From: Anaeramoeba ignava BMAN
Taxonomy: Eukaryota > Protista > Anaeramoebae
DNA: 64,000 nucleotides
Direction of reading: 5' to 3'
NCBI GenBank assembly: GCA_028826165.1
Contig: JAPDFW010000058.1
Location: 515,175 to 579,174 of the forward strand
Shown: positions 32,301 to 43,268 of the stretch, one piece after another
Position numbering within the stretch: the first letter of the stretch is position 1
Layout of the letters: every line of letters starts with the position of its first letter
Notes under the pieces: generated by a model
The model's database searches: none
Seen by the model: only the letters and a program-made list of their open reading frames with translations
Told to the model about the DNA's origin: nothing
Program-made: the position numbers and the translations under genes

Positions 32301-33136
32301 ATGTTTTTGCATCTTTCCATGTGCAGACTGATGATGTTCCAAGGTTGAATCCATAACCCCCTCTATATAGGTCTGGTTCTTGAATGAAATCTGAGCAATC
32401 GGTACTGTTATATTTGTTTGTTTCTCCAGAGAATATTACCATCAGTTTTCCATCGTCAGTAAATTTAAGTGAATCAACAGTGAAGTCTATATTTTTATTT
32501 AAAATATTTATTATATTTAAATTTATTATTATTAAATTTATTATATTTATTATATTTATATTTATATTAAATTTATTATATTTATATTAAATTTATATTT
32601 ATATTTATTATATTTATATTTATTATATTTATATTTTTTATATTTATATTAAATTTATTATATTTATATTTATTAAATTTATATTTATTAAATTTATATT
32701 TATATTATATTTATATTTATATTATATTTATATTTATATTTATATTTATATTTATATTTATATTTATATTTATATTTATATTTATATTTATATTTATTAT
32801 ATTTATATTAAATTTATTATATTTATATTTATATTTATATTTTTTAATTTTATTTATTTTTTTTGCTTATTAAAAAAAATTTGCTTTTTTTTTTGTCAAT
32901 TCTTCTTTTAAAAAAAAATTAAAAAAAAAATATAATTTTTTACCTGGACATTCATTATAAAACCAATAATCACAAGTATCTGTAGTTGGGCCTAAATAAG
33001 TTCCATTTACACATACTTGAATTGTGTCATTACAGCACCAACCCTGACCTCCATATTCTAGTGAAAGACAAGTTGGACAATCAGTTGAAAATCCTAATGT
33101 TATCAAAACAGAAAGAAGTAAGATCACTCGCAACAT
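29374..33136 (-). CDS. Single-pass receptor: signal peptide, Cys-rich N-terminus, PKD/REJ-like ectodomain, GAIN/GPS, one TM, cytoplasmic tail; exons 33136-32944 and 32486-29374 (~1100 aa)
   Basis: REJ-like LTIDGSDSSDP..MTYKWTC and PPAVGGICSGAPASG..STNFTFICENW. GPS CMSW...WSSDGC...VLCSCNHMSNFA. TM AIAGGIIGGLAGAALIVGGVFYI followed by KRRK. Confidence 0.85.
32490..32860. repeat. (TTTATA)n-type microsatellite in REJ gene intron
   Basis: Degenerate hexamer array. Confidence 0.85.
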
Positions 33137-33568
33137 TAGAGAATTATTGAAAAAAAAAAAAAATGAATTAATAAAAATTATAAAGAAAAGGAAATTAAAG
33201 AAAAGAAAAAAATGAAAAAATGAAAAAAAAAAAATTAAAAAAAAAATTAAAAAAAAAATTTTTTAAACAATTAAAAATTAACGAAATGCCGGCTAGTTGA
33301 TCATTTAATTTATTTTTTTATTTCTTTTTATCTTCTTCTTCTTCTTCTTTTTTTTTTGTTTAATTTAGTTATTTTAATGTTATAATTTTATAAATAAAAA
33401 TAAATTAAAAATAAAAAAATTAAATTAAAAAAAAATAATTTTTAAAATGAATTTGAGTTGGGAATTTGTTTTTAAATCTTTCTAAAAATTCCAAAAAAAA
33501 AATGAGAGAAAAAATATTTAAATTTTTTAATTTTTTTAATTTTCATTTTTTTCTTTTTTTTAAAAATT

Positions 33569-35831
33569 ATGCAAAAAAAATTAAATTCAAAATCAAATAA
33601 TATTTTTAAAGATCTTGCAAGTAATAAACTTGAAACAAGAGAACAAGCAATAAATCAACTTCAATTCTGGTTTCAAAACACAGAAATAAATCAATTAGAA
33701 ATGTTAAAATTATGGAAAGCATTATTTTATAATTTTTGGTTAAGTGACAAAACAGAATTTCAAGTGAAATTAATGAATAAAATAATTTCTCTCACAAAAT
33801 TTATTCAAGAAGAGCATTTAATGCTATTTCTTGAAGCATTTCTTATTACAATGCAAAGAGAATGGAAAGGAATCGATTTTTATCGTTTAGACAAATATTA
33901 TCTTTTTATGAGAAAAATTATTGCTCATTTTTTAAGTTTTCTTCTTTCAAAAAATTTTTCTCAAACTTGGATTCAGAAATTTGACCTTGTTTTATTTAAT
34001 ACTATTTTTAGTCCAAATAAAGATGATCTTTCAAAAGGCGTTACTCTTCATATTATTTCTATTTTTGTTGAAGAATTACGAAAAAATTGTTTTGATATTT
34101 CTATTGAAGTAATTTAAATTTAAATTTTAATTTTAATTTTAATTTTAATTTTAATTTTAATTTTAATTTTAATTTTAATTTTAATTTTAATTTTAATTTT
34201 AATTTTAATTTTAATTTTAATTTTAATTTTAAATTTTAATTTTAATTTTAATTTTAATTTTAATTTTAATTTTAATTTTAATTTTAATTTTAATTTTAAT
34301 TTTAATTTTAATTTTAATTTTAATTTTAATTTTATTTTTTATTTTAATTTTAATTTTAATTTTAATTTTAAAATGAATTTTAATTTTAATTTTTAATTTT
34401 ATTATTAGAATCTTTGTTCTATTCTTCAATCTTTTTGGAAATTAATTACTGAAACAAATGATTTTACAATTATACAATATGTTCAAAGAAATATTTTCCA
34501 AAAAATAATCTCTATTGATGCTGCAAATATTTTAGAAACAAATAATCAAGAAAAAGAAAAAGAAAAACAAAATGAAAAACAAAATTCTCTTTTTAAATCA
34601 ACTGAGGATCTTAAATTCTTTCTTACAAATTTATCAGAATCTCTCCTTAAATTAGCATCTTCTCGGTAAAAAATATTCAATTTAAATATATATTTAAATA
34701 AATATTCAATTCAAATAAATATTTAATTTAAATAAATATTCAATTCAAAATAAATATTTAATTCAAAATAAATATTCAATTCAAATAAATATTTAATTCA
34801 AAAAAAATATTCAATTCAAATAAATATTCAATTCAATTTAATTCAAAAAAATATTCAATTTAAATAAATATTCAATTTAAATAAATATTCAATTTAAATA
34901 AATATTCAATTTAAAATAAATATTCAATTCAAAATAAATATTTAATTCAAATTTAAAATATTTTAATTTAAATAAATATTTAATTTAAATAAATATTTAA
35001 TTCAAAATAAATATTTAATTTAAATAAATATTCAATTCAAATAAATATTCAATTCAAATAAATATTCAATTTAAAATAAATATTCAATTCAATTCAATTC
35101 AAAATAAATATTTAATTCAAATAAATATTCAATTTAAATATTTAATTTAAATAAATATTCAATTTAAATAAATATTCAATTCAAATAAATATTCAATTCA
35201 ATTCAATTTAATTCAAATAAATATTTAATTTAAATATTCAATTCAAAATAAATATTCAATTCAAATAAATATTTAATTTAAATAAATATTTAATTTAAAT
35301 AAATATTCAATTCAAAATAAATATTCAATTTAAATAAATATTCAATTTAAATAAATATTCAATTCAAATAAATATTTAATTCAAAATAAATATTTAATTT
35401 AAATAAATATTCAATTCAAAATAAATATTTAATTTAAATAAATATTCAATTTAAAATAAATATTCAAATTAAATTAAATATTCAATTTAAAAAAAATATT
35501 TAATTTAAATAGAGAAATTGCTCAAGAAAATAGAAATCAATTATATTCTTTTCGTCAAAAAGTTTTATTGATAAAATCTCAAATTTGGCCAGATGAAATT
35601 CTTCCAAATGAAATTAAATCAAATTTAAAAAAAAGAAAAGAACCTAATTTTTCACAAATTGATATCCAAAAATTACTTGAAGAAACATCAAAAAATTTTG
35701 ATAATACAAAACAATTCAATAAAGTTCAACCCAAAAAACTTAGAAAAAAAATAAGAAAGAAAAAAAACGAAAAAAAACCAAAAAACAGAAAAAATAGAAA
35801 AATCAAAAAAAAAACGAACAAATTTAATTAA
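33569..35831 (+). CDS. RRP1: RRP1/Nop52 rRNA-processing protein; exons 33569-34108, 34409-34665, 35513-35831
   Basis: LAS...R, LKLWKALFYNFWLSDK, QREWKGIDFYRLDKY, ENRNQLY, basic C-terminal tail. Confidence 0.9.
34670..35505. repeat. ~17-bp degenerate repeat (aaataaatattYaattY)n in RRP1 intron 2; intron 1 (34109-34408) is (AATTTT)n
   Basis: Direct reading. Confidence 0.9.
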
Positions 35832-36000
35832 ATTAAATTTAAATTAAATAATATAATAGAATTTTCTTCTCATTTTTAATAGAAAAATTCAAAAATTAAA
35901 AATTTAAATTCAAAATTAATCCATTTTTTTTTTGAATCATTTAATTGTGAAAAGCAAAAAAAAAATTAAGAAAAGAAAAAAAAAAGAAGAGGAATCAATT

Positions 36001-38109
36001 TTAAACCATTTCTAAATCATTCTCTTCATCATTAATTTTTTGTCTTCCATCAGTTTTTTGTCTTCTTTTCTTTCGATATCTTTGCATCATAATAATTCCT
36101 CCAATTAATAATCCAACTCCCATAATTGAAACAAATACTCCAATCACAATATTTTGAGTTTGACCTGATTTATTATCTGTTGTTGGTGTTGGATTAGGAA
36201 TTGAAGATGTTGTAACTGTTAATGTTGTTACTTCTCCACAAACTTCACTTGAATCACATGAAGAAACTTGAATTTCATATTCTTCATTTTCAATTTCTGC
36301 AATAAAGACTTTTTTGTTTGTTATTGATTCATCATTTCCTGTATCATCTTTGTTTTTGGCTCGATAAGTGAAATTGTAATAATATGGATTGCTTGAACAG
36401 TTATTCGATGGAATCCAATCACATGTTATTGTAACTCCTTCAGAAACATGACATTCAAAGTTTTCTACTTTTTCAAAAAATGTTGAAATTCTTGTTTCAA
36501 ATACTTCTCCTTGATCATCTCCTTGACATGAATACGACCTACAAGCCCACATAGAAACAGAATAAATTTGTCCACATTCTAATTGATTAAGATATTGTGA
36601 AACTGTTGAATTTTGAATTGTTAAAGTTGATGGTGTTGCTTGTGTTTTTGCTTTATAATCCATTGTGTAATGATTGAAATTAGGTGAATTTCCTTTTATT
36701 GGAACATCAGGAATATCCCAAGAAACATTAAATGAACGAGTTGTTCTGTTTTTTAATTTGAAATTTTTGATAGAATCAATTCTTGTTGTTAAATTATGAA
36801 AGGAAGATGGATCACCACATTGCATTGTTAAATTATCACATCCTCGAATTTGGATTGAATAATTAACATTTCCACTTATATTATGATAATTTGATGAATT
36901 GAAATTTTGATAAAGAGTTGAACCTTGAACATTTGGTGATGTGATATTAGTCCAATTTGATCCATAATTGATTTGATAAACAATTTCTCTTGAAAAATCA
37001 ATTTTATCCCAATAACATGAAAAAGATGAATATAAGGGATTGCATGCCACAATATCAACTTGAGGAATGAAAAGAGATTGATAAAGAAATACTTGATCTG
37101 AACTTGGTGCTCCAATAACTACATAATTTGTTGCAATACTAACACTTCTTCCAAATTTTGATAAATTTGTTTCATTTAATACTTTTTCATTATTCCAATC
37201 ACTTCCATCATATCTGTAAATAAATGTTTGATTGAAATGAGGTGCTCCAATAACTGTAACATTTGTTGAAACTGAAACACTTTTTCCAAATTGTGATGAA
37301 ATATCTTGAGTTAATACTTTTTCATTATTCCAATCAATTCCATCGTATCTGTAAATGAATACTTCACTCATATTTGGTGCTCCAATAACTGTAACATTTG
37401 TTGAAACTGCAACACTTGAACCAAAACTTAATGAATTTGATTGAGTTATTTCTTTATCAAGATTCCAATCACTTCCGTTATATCTGTAAATAAATGATTG
37501 ATTTGAACCTGGAGCTCCAATAACTGTAACATTTGTTGAAACTGAAACACTTTTTCCAAATTGAGATGAAATTGATTGATTTAAAGTTTTTTCAAGATAC
37601 CAATCACCATTATCATATCTATAAATGAATGATTCACTTGAATCTGGAGCTCCAATAACTGTAACATTTGTTGAAACTGCAACACTTGAACCAAAACTTG
37701 GTGAATTTGATTGATTTAGTACTTTATTAAGATTCCAATCAGTTCCATTATGTCTGTAAATAAATGATTGATTTGAACCTGGAGCTCCAATAACAATAAC
37801 ATTTCCTGAAACTGCAACACTTTTTCCAAATTGAGATGAATTTGATTGATTTAAAACTTTTTCAAGAATGAAATTTGAATCAATTTTTCGATAAACATTA
37901 ACTTTTTCGAAAGAATAATTTGAAATCACAAGAATATTTTGAGAAACATCAACACTCCATCCAAAATTTGATAAATTTTGACTTGATGAAAAAGTATCCA
38001 ATAAGTACCAATCACCATTTGCAGATTTTAGATAATCAACTTCTTCTTTTTGAGATTGAACTATTCCAAAAACACACAATATTATTATAAAAATAATAAT
38101 TTTCTTCAT
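36001..38109 (-). CDS. Type I membrane protein: 7 FG-GAP repeats (integrin-alpha-like propeller) + FN3-like domains, copy 1
   Basis: Signal peptide; ~44-aa repeats FG(K/S)SV(A/S)VS.NV.VIGAP; FN3-like FNVSWDIP...YSVSMWAC and YEIQVSSC; TM IVIGVFVSIMGVGLLIGGIIMM; many N-x-S/T sequons. Confidence 0.85.
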   Translation of the reverse strand: MKKIIIFIIILCVFGIVQSQKEEVDYLKSANGDWYLLDTFSSSQNLSNFGWSVDVSQNILVISNYSFEKVNVYRKIDSNFILEKVLNQSNSSQFGKSVAVSGNVIVIGAPGSNQSFIYRHNGTDWNLNKVLNQSNSPSFGSSVAVSTNVTVIGAPDSSESFIYRYDNGDWYLEKTLNQSISSQFGKSVSVSTNVTVIGAPGSNQSFIYRYNGSDWNLDKEITQSNSLSFGSSVAVSTNVTVIGAPNMSEVFIYRYDGIDWNNEKVLTQDISSQFGKSVSVSTNVTVIGAPHFNQTFIYRYDGSDWNNEKVLNETNLSKFGRSVSIATNYVVIGAPSSDQVFLYQSLFIPQVDIVACNPLYSSFSCYWDKIDFSREIVYQINYGSNWTNITSPNVQGSTLYQNFNSSNYHNISGNVNYSIQIRGCDNLTMQCGDPSSFHNLTTRIDSIKNFKLKNRTTRSFNVSWDIPDVPIKGNSPNFNHYTMDYKAKTQATPSTLTIQNSTVSQYLNQLECGQIYSVSMWACRSYSCQGDDQGEVFETRISTFFEKVENFECHVSEGVTITCDWIPSNNCSSNPYYYNFTYRAKNKDDTGNDESITNKKVFIAEIENEEYEIQVSSCDSSEVCGEVTTLTVTTSSIPNPTPTTDNKSGQTQNIVIGVFVSIMGVGLLIGGIIMMQRYRKKRRQKTDGRQKINDEENDLEMV

Positions 38110-38697
38110 TTGTTTGTTTACTATTTTATTTTAATTAAATTTAATTTAGATTAAATCAAAAATAATTTAAATTTTAAATTATTTATTATTTATTACCTTT
38201 TCTTTTTGATTAAAGAATTGAAAAACTAAGTAAAAATCCAAAAAAAAAAATAAAAATTCAAAATAAAAAAATAAAAAGAAACATGAATATTAATTAATAG
38301 TGAATCATCATTAAATTTAAATTGATCATAATTAATAAATAAAAATACTAACCCCTTTAAATAAAAAAAAAAGTTTTTTTTTTCCAAATCATTAAATAAT
38401 TTAATTCAAATTTGCCATTTTCATAAATTAAAAATTATATAAATTAAAAATAAAAACAACAAAGAAAAACAATTCCTTTTTTATTTTATTTTAGAAATTA
38501 TTAAATTTAAATTGATCTCTTTCAAAAAAAAAAAACAAAAATTAAAAAAAGATCAGAATTAATTGAGGAAATTAAAATTTTTCTTCTTTATTCAATGATT
38601 GAAATTTTCCAAATTGAAAAAAAAAAGGAAAATTGTAAAAGAAGAAAAATCCAAAAAAAAAATTAAGAAAAGAAAAAAAAAAGAAGAGGAATCAATT

Positions 38698-40806
38698 TTA
38701 AACCATTTCTAAATCATTCTCTTCATCATTAATTTTTTGTCTTCCATCATCCTGTTGTCTTCTTGCCTTTCGATATTTTTTAACCATAATAACTCCTATA
38801 ATTAATATTCCAACTCCCATAATTGAAACAAATACTCCAATCACAATGGTTGTAGTTTGACCTGATTTATTATCTGTTGTTGGTGTTGGATCAGGAATTG
38901 AAGATGTTGTAACTGTTAATGTTGTTACTTCTCCACAAACTCCATTTGAATCACATGAAGAAACTTGAATTTCATATTCTTCATTTTCAACTTCTGCAAT
39001 AAAGACTTTTTTGTTTGTTATTGATTCATCATTTCCTGTATCATTTTCATTTTTGGCTCGATAAGTGAAATTGTAATAATATGGATTATTTGAACAGTTA
39101 TTCGATGGAATCCAATCACATGTTATTGTAACTCCTTCAGAAACATGACATTCAAAGTTTTCTACTTTTTCAAAAAATGTTGAAATTCTTGTTTCAAATA
39201 CTTCTCCTTGATCATCTCCTTGACATGAAGGTGATCCACAAGCCCACATAGAAACAGAATAAATTTGTCCACATTCTAATTGATTAAGATATTGTGAAAC
39301 TGTTGAATTTTGAATTGTTAGATTTGATGGTGTTGCTTGTGTTTTTGCTTTATAATCCATTGTGTAATGATTGAAATTAGGTGAATTTCCTTTTATTGGA
39401 ACATCAGGAATATCCCAAGAAACATTAAATGAACGAGTTGTTCTGTTTTTTAATTTGAAATTCTTGATAGAATCAATTCTTGTTGTTAAATTATGAAAGG
39501 AAGATGGATCACCACATTGCATTGTTAAATTATCACATCCTCGAATTTGGATTGAATAATTAACATTTCCACTTATATTATGATAATTTGATGAAGTGAA
39601 ATTTTGATAAAGAGTTGAATTTTGAACATTTGGTGATGTGATATTAGTCCAATTTGATCCATAATTGATTTGATAAACAATTTCTCTTGAAAAATCAATT
39701 TTATCCCAATAACATGAAAAAGATGAATATAAAGAACTGCAATTTTGCATATCAACTTGAGGAATGAAAAGAGATTGATAAAGAAATACTTGATCTGAAC
39801 TTGGTGCTCCAATAACTACATAATTTGTTGCAATACTAACACTTCTTCCAAATTTTGATAAATTTGTTTCATTTAATACTTTTTCATTATTCCAATCACT
39901 TCCATCATATCTGTAAATAAATGTTTGATTGAAATGAGGTGCTCCAATAACTGTAACATTTGTTGAAACTGAAACACTTTTTCCAAATTGTGATGAAATA
40001 TCTTGAGTTAATACTTTTTCATTATTCCAATCAATTCCATCGTATCTGTAAATGAATACTTCACTCATATTTGGTGCTCCAATAACTGTAACATCTTTTG
40101 AAACTGCAACACTTGAACCAAAACTTAATGAATTTGATTGAGTTATTTCTTTATCAATATTCCAATCACTTCCGTTATGTCTGTAAATAAATGATTGATT
40201 TGAACCTGGAGCTCCAATAACTGTAACATTTGTTGAAACTGAAACACTTTTTCCAAATTGAGATGAAATTGATTGATTTAAAGTTTTTTCAAGATACCAA
40301 TCACCATTATCATATCTATAAATGAATGATTCACTTGAATCTGGAGCTCCAATAACTGTAACATTTGTTGAAACTGCAACACTTGAACCAAAACTTGGTG
40401 AATTTGATTGATTTAGTACTTTATTAAGATTCCAATCAGTTCCATTATGTCTGTAAATAAATGATTGATTTGAACCTGGAGCTCCAATAACAATAACATT
40501 TCCTGAAACTGCAACACTTTTTCCAAATTGAGATGAATTTGATTGATTTAAAACTTTTTCAAGAATGAAATTTGAATCAGTTTTTCGATAAACATTAACT
40601 TTTTCGAAAGAATAATTTGAAATCACAAGAACATTTTGAGAAACATCAACACTCCATCCAAAATTTGATAAATTTTGACTTGATGAAAAAGTATCCAATA
40701 AGTACCAATCACCATTTGCAGATTTTAGATAATCAACTTCTTCTTTTTGAGATTGAACTATTCCAAAAACACACAATATTATTATAAAAATAATAATTTT
40801 CTTCAT
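38698..40806 (-). CDS. FG-GAP/FN3 type I membrane protein, copy 2 (recent tandem duplicate)
   Basis: Same length (702 aa) and near-identical to copy 1; flanking DNA also duplicated. Confidence 0.85.
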   Translation of the reverse strand: MKKIIIFIIILCVFGIVQSQKEEVDYLKSANGDWYLLDTFSSSQNLSNFGWSVDVSQNVLVISNYSFEKVNVYRKTDSNFILEKVLNQSNSSQFGKSVAVSGNVIVIGAPGSNQSFIYRHNGTDWNLNKVLNQSNSPSFGSSVAVSTNVTVIGAPDSSESFIYRYDNGDWYLEKTLNQSISSQFGKSVSVSTNVTVIGAPGSNQSFIYRHNGSDWNIDKEITQSNSLSFGSSVAVSKDVTVIGAPNMSEVFIYRYDGIDWNNEKVLTQDISSQFGKSVSVSTNVTVIGAPHFNQTFIYRYDGSDWNNEKVLNETNLSKFGRSVSIATNYVVIGAPSSDQVFLYQSLFIPQVDMQNCSSLYSSFSCYWDKIDFSREIVYQINYGSNWTNITSPNVQNSTLYQNFTSSNYHNISGNVNYSIQIRGCDNLTMQCGDPSSFHNLTTRIDSIKNFKLKNRTTRSFNVSWDIPDVPIKGNSPNFNHYTMDYKAKTQATPSNLTIQNSTVSQYLNQLECGQIYSVSMWACGSPSCQGDDQGEVFETRISTFFEKVENFECHVSEGVTITCDWIPSNNCSNNPYYYNFTYRAKNENDTGNDESITNKKVFIAEVENEEYEIQVSSCDSNGVCGEVTTLTVTTSSIPDPTPTTDNKSGQTTTIVIGVFVSIMGVGILIIGVIMVKKYRKARRQQDDGRQKINDEENDLEMV

Positions 40807-41663
40807 TTGTTTGTTTACTATTTTATTTTAATTAGATTTAATTTAGATTAAATCAAAATTAATTTAAATTTTAATTTATTTATTATTTATTACCTTTTCT
40901 TTTTGATTAAAGAATTGAAAAACTAAGTAAAAATCCAAAAAAAAAAATAAAAATTCAAAATAAAAAAATTTTTTTCTTTTAAGCTTTGGTAACTCAAAAA
41001 ATAAAAACAAAAAAAGAATGAAAGAAACATGAATACACATCATTAATGAATCATCATTAAATTTGAATTGATTTTCTTTTAAGCCATCCATAATAAAAAT
41101 ACTAACCCCTTTAAATAAAAAAAAAAGTTTTTTTTTTCCAAATCATTAAATAATTTAATTCAAATTTGCCATTTTCTTAAATTAAAAATTATATAAATTA
41201 AAAATAAAAACAACAAAGAAAAACAATTCCTTTTTTATTTTATTTTAGAAATTATTAAATTTAAATTGATCTCTTTCAAAAAAAAAAACAAAAATTAAAA
41301 AAAGATCAGAATTTTGTCAAATCATTATAATTTCAAAAAAAAAAGAAATAAAAAAAGAATATAAAGCTTTAGAGATTGCTATTTGATTTAATAAATAACA
41401 AATTTTAAAAAAGGAAAAAAAGATAAAAAGAATAAAGTTTATGAAGAAATTGATTTAGAATGAACACCTTTTGAAAATTTTTAAATTGATTGAAATTGGT
41501 GTTTCGAAAAATGTTTACTTGATTTCTCCTATTTTTTTCAAATCTGTGGAACTTTTTTATATGGAATGAGTCATATTTAATAATAATTTTAAATAATTAA
41601 ATCAAAAATGATTTTAATTTAATTTATATTATTTCAAAGTTTAATTTATTTTTGATTGCTAGA

Positions 41664-43130
41664 TCATAAAAAAAAAGTTTCCAGAATTTCAACTTTACAA
41701 AATTTATCATTTCCAATAAAATAATTTGAAGGATCTTTTGAATCTAAGAAAGAGGAAGTTGAGGAGGAATAAATCTTTTTCAGGATTACAGAAGCAATTT
41801 TGAGGTTTGGATGGATCAAAAATGCATCACCAAAAGCAGGACCAATTTCAAAACATAAACCAACAGCAAATTTAGCCTTTTTTGGATTGAGAGTGAATTT
41901 TTTAGGGGAAGAATTGCGGTGGTTTTTCAAAGAGAAAACAAAAGCATTTGGGTCTTTTATCCAGTTGAAAGGAGACTCGCTTGAACAGTACCATTTTGAT
42001 TTGTCATGAGTCCATCCGTATTGAGAAAACCCTCCAAAAATAAACCCTTGTGTTGTTTTCACGATAACTAGCGATTTGCCTTTGTTATCACAAATTTGGT
42101 GCCATTTTTGAGAATTCCATCCGTTTTGTGAAGTTGAAAAACCAAGTTTCATTTTGGATAAAAATTGGGAATCGGGAATCCATTCTCTCAATTTCTGGAA
42201 ATACTTTTTGTTCAGGATTTCTGATTGAGGCCATCTTGTTCTTGATTGGAAAATAAGAGTGTTCCCAAAATCCTTTGCCTTTTCCTGCTTGAATTTATCG
42301 ATGAATTCGTCAAAAGCATCATCTCTAATGATCGACAACCAAGAAAGGAACTCATCCATTTGCTGAGAAATATTGTTTGGAACTAAGCCGAGTTGAAGCA
42401 CTTTTTCAAAGTTACTTTTGGAGAAATCAACAAATCGAATTTTGTGATGCAGATTTGACAGGCAATCCTTAAGAGATTCTTTATCTTTTTCTTTCATTTG
42501 TGTATATTGCATATTCGAGTTGATTTTCTTTCTCCCCCATCGGATTAGGGCTTGATAGATGGCGATTTCGTCTGTTTTTAATATGTCGTTTGACAAAACT
42601 CTGTCTAAATGAGGTTCTTCAAGTTCGTAAAAAAAGGGTGTTTTAATAAACTCGTCAAAATGTGTTGAAATGAATTCAAAACAGAAATCTGTCAATTTAG
42701 ACAAATTGTTTGATTGTGAAAATTTAAGAATTTCAACAACAGTTTTGACAGTGCAATAGTATTCAAAAAAATGCAGAGTTTGTTGTTCTAAATCCTGAAT
42801 TGAATACTTTGTTGAAAAAAGATAAATATCAAAAGCATTTTCTGAGTTGATTCCAATTTTGCCAGTATATAAATAGTTCAAAACAACCGAAACAGTTGAA
42901 TTTGAAGCATCTTCCAAAAATATTTTCCCTTCTTGATATTCTTTTGAGTTGGAACTGAATAATTTGCGGAAGTATTCATTCCTCGCAGCAAGAATTGCTT
43001 TGTGGCATTTGAATGTTGTATCTTTTTCGTTTGATTTGCAGATGATTTCGAAATCACTATAAGTTTCTTGTTTTTGATCTAATAAAAATGCTAAATTTTC
43101 AGAAAGATTTGCCAAATTATTAAAAAACAT
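41664..43130 (-). CDS. BTB/POZ-BACK-TLDc protein (divergent paralog)
   Basis: YSDFEIIC...FKCHKAILAARNEYFRKLF; BACK EIAIYQALIRW; TLDc ICDNKGKSLVIVKT, IFGGFS, GPAFG, VEILETF. Confidence 0.9.
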   Translation of the reverse strand: MFFNNLANLSENLAFLLDQKQETYSDFEIICKSNEKDTTFKCHKAILAARNEYFRKLFSSNSKEYQEGKIFLEDASNSTVSVVLNYLYTGKIGINSENAFDIYLFSTKYSIQDLEQQTLHFFEYYCTVKTVVEILKFSQSNNLSKLTDFCFEFISTHFDEFIKTPFFYELEEPHLDRVLSNDILKTDEIAIYQALIRWGRKKINSNMQYTQMKEKDKESLKDCLSNLHHKIRFVDFSKSNFEKVLQLGLVPNNISQQMDEFLSWLSIIRDDAFDEFIDKFKQEKAKDFGNTLIFQSRTRWPQSEILNKKYFQKLREWIPDSQFLSKMKLGFSTSQNGWNSQKWHQICDNKGKSLVIVKTTQGFIFGGFSQYGWTHDKSKWYCSSESPFNWIKDPNAFVFSLKNHRNSSPKKFTLNPKKAKFAVGLCFEIGPAFGDAFLIHPNLKIASVILKKIYSSSTSSFLDSKDPSNYFIGNDKFCKVEILETFFL

Positions 43131-43268
43131 TTAAAAGAAATTGAAAAAGAAAAATGAAAAAAAAAAAGTGTGAAAAAATCGGAAAAAAATTTAATCTAGA
43201 TGAATATTTATCAAAAATCCAAAAAAATCAAAATAATAATAATAATAATATTATTAATATATTCATAT

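Larger units (their letters stand above)
35955..41312. repeat. Tandem segmental duplication, ~2.7-kb unit (about 35955-38560 and 38652-41312)
   Basis: Shared non-coding landmarks: 'aaaagaagaggaatcaatttta' (35983/38680), 'actaacccctttaaat' (38347/41101), 'aaaaaagatcagaatt' (38545/41298). Confidence 0.9.
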
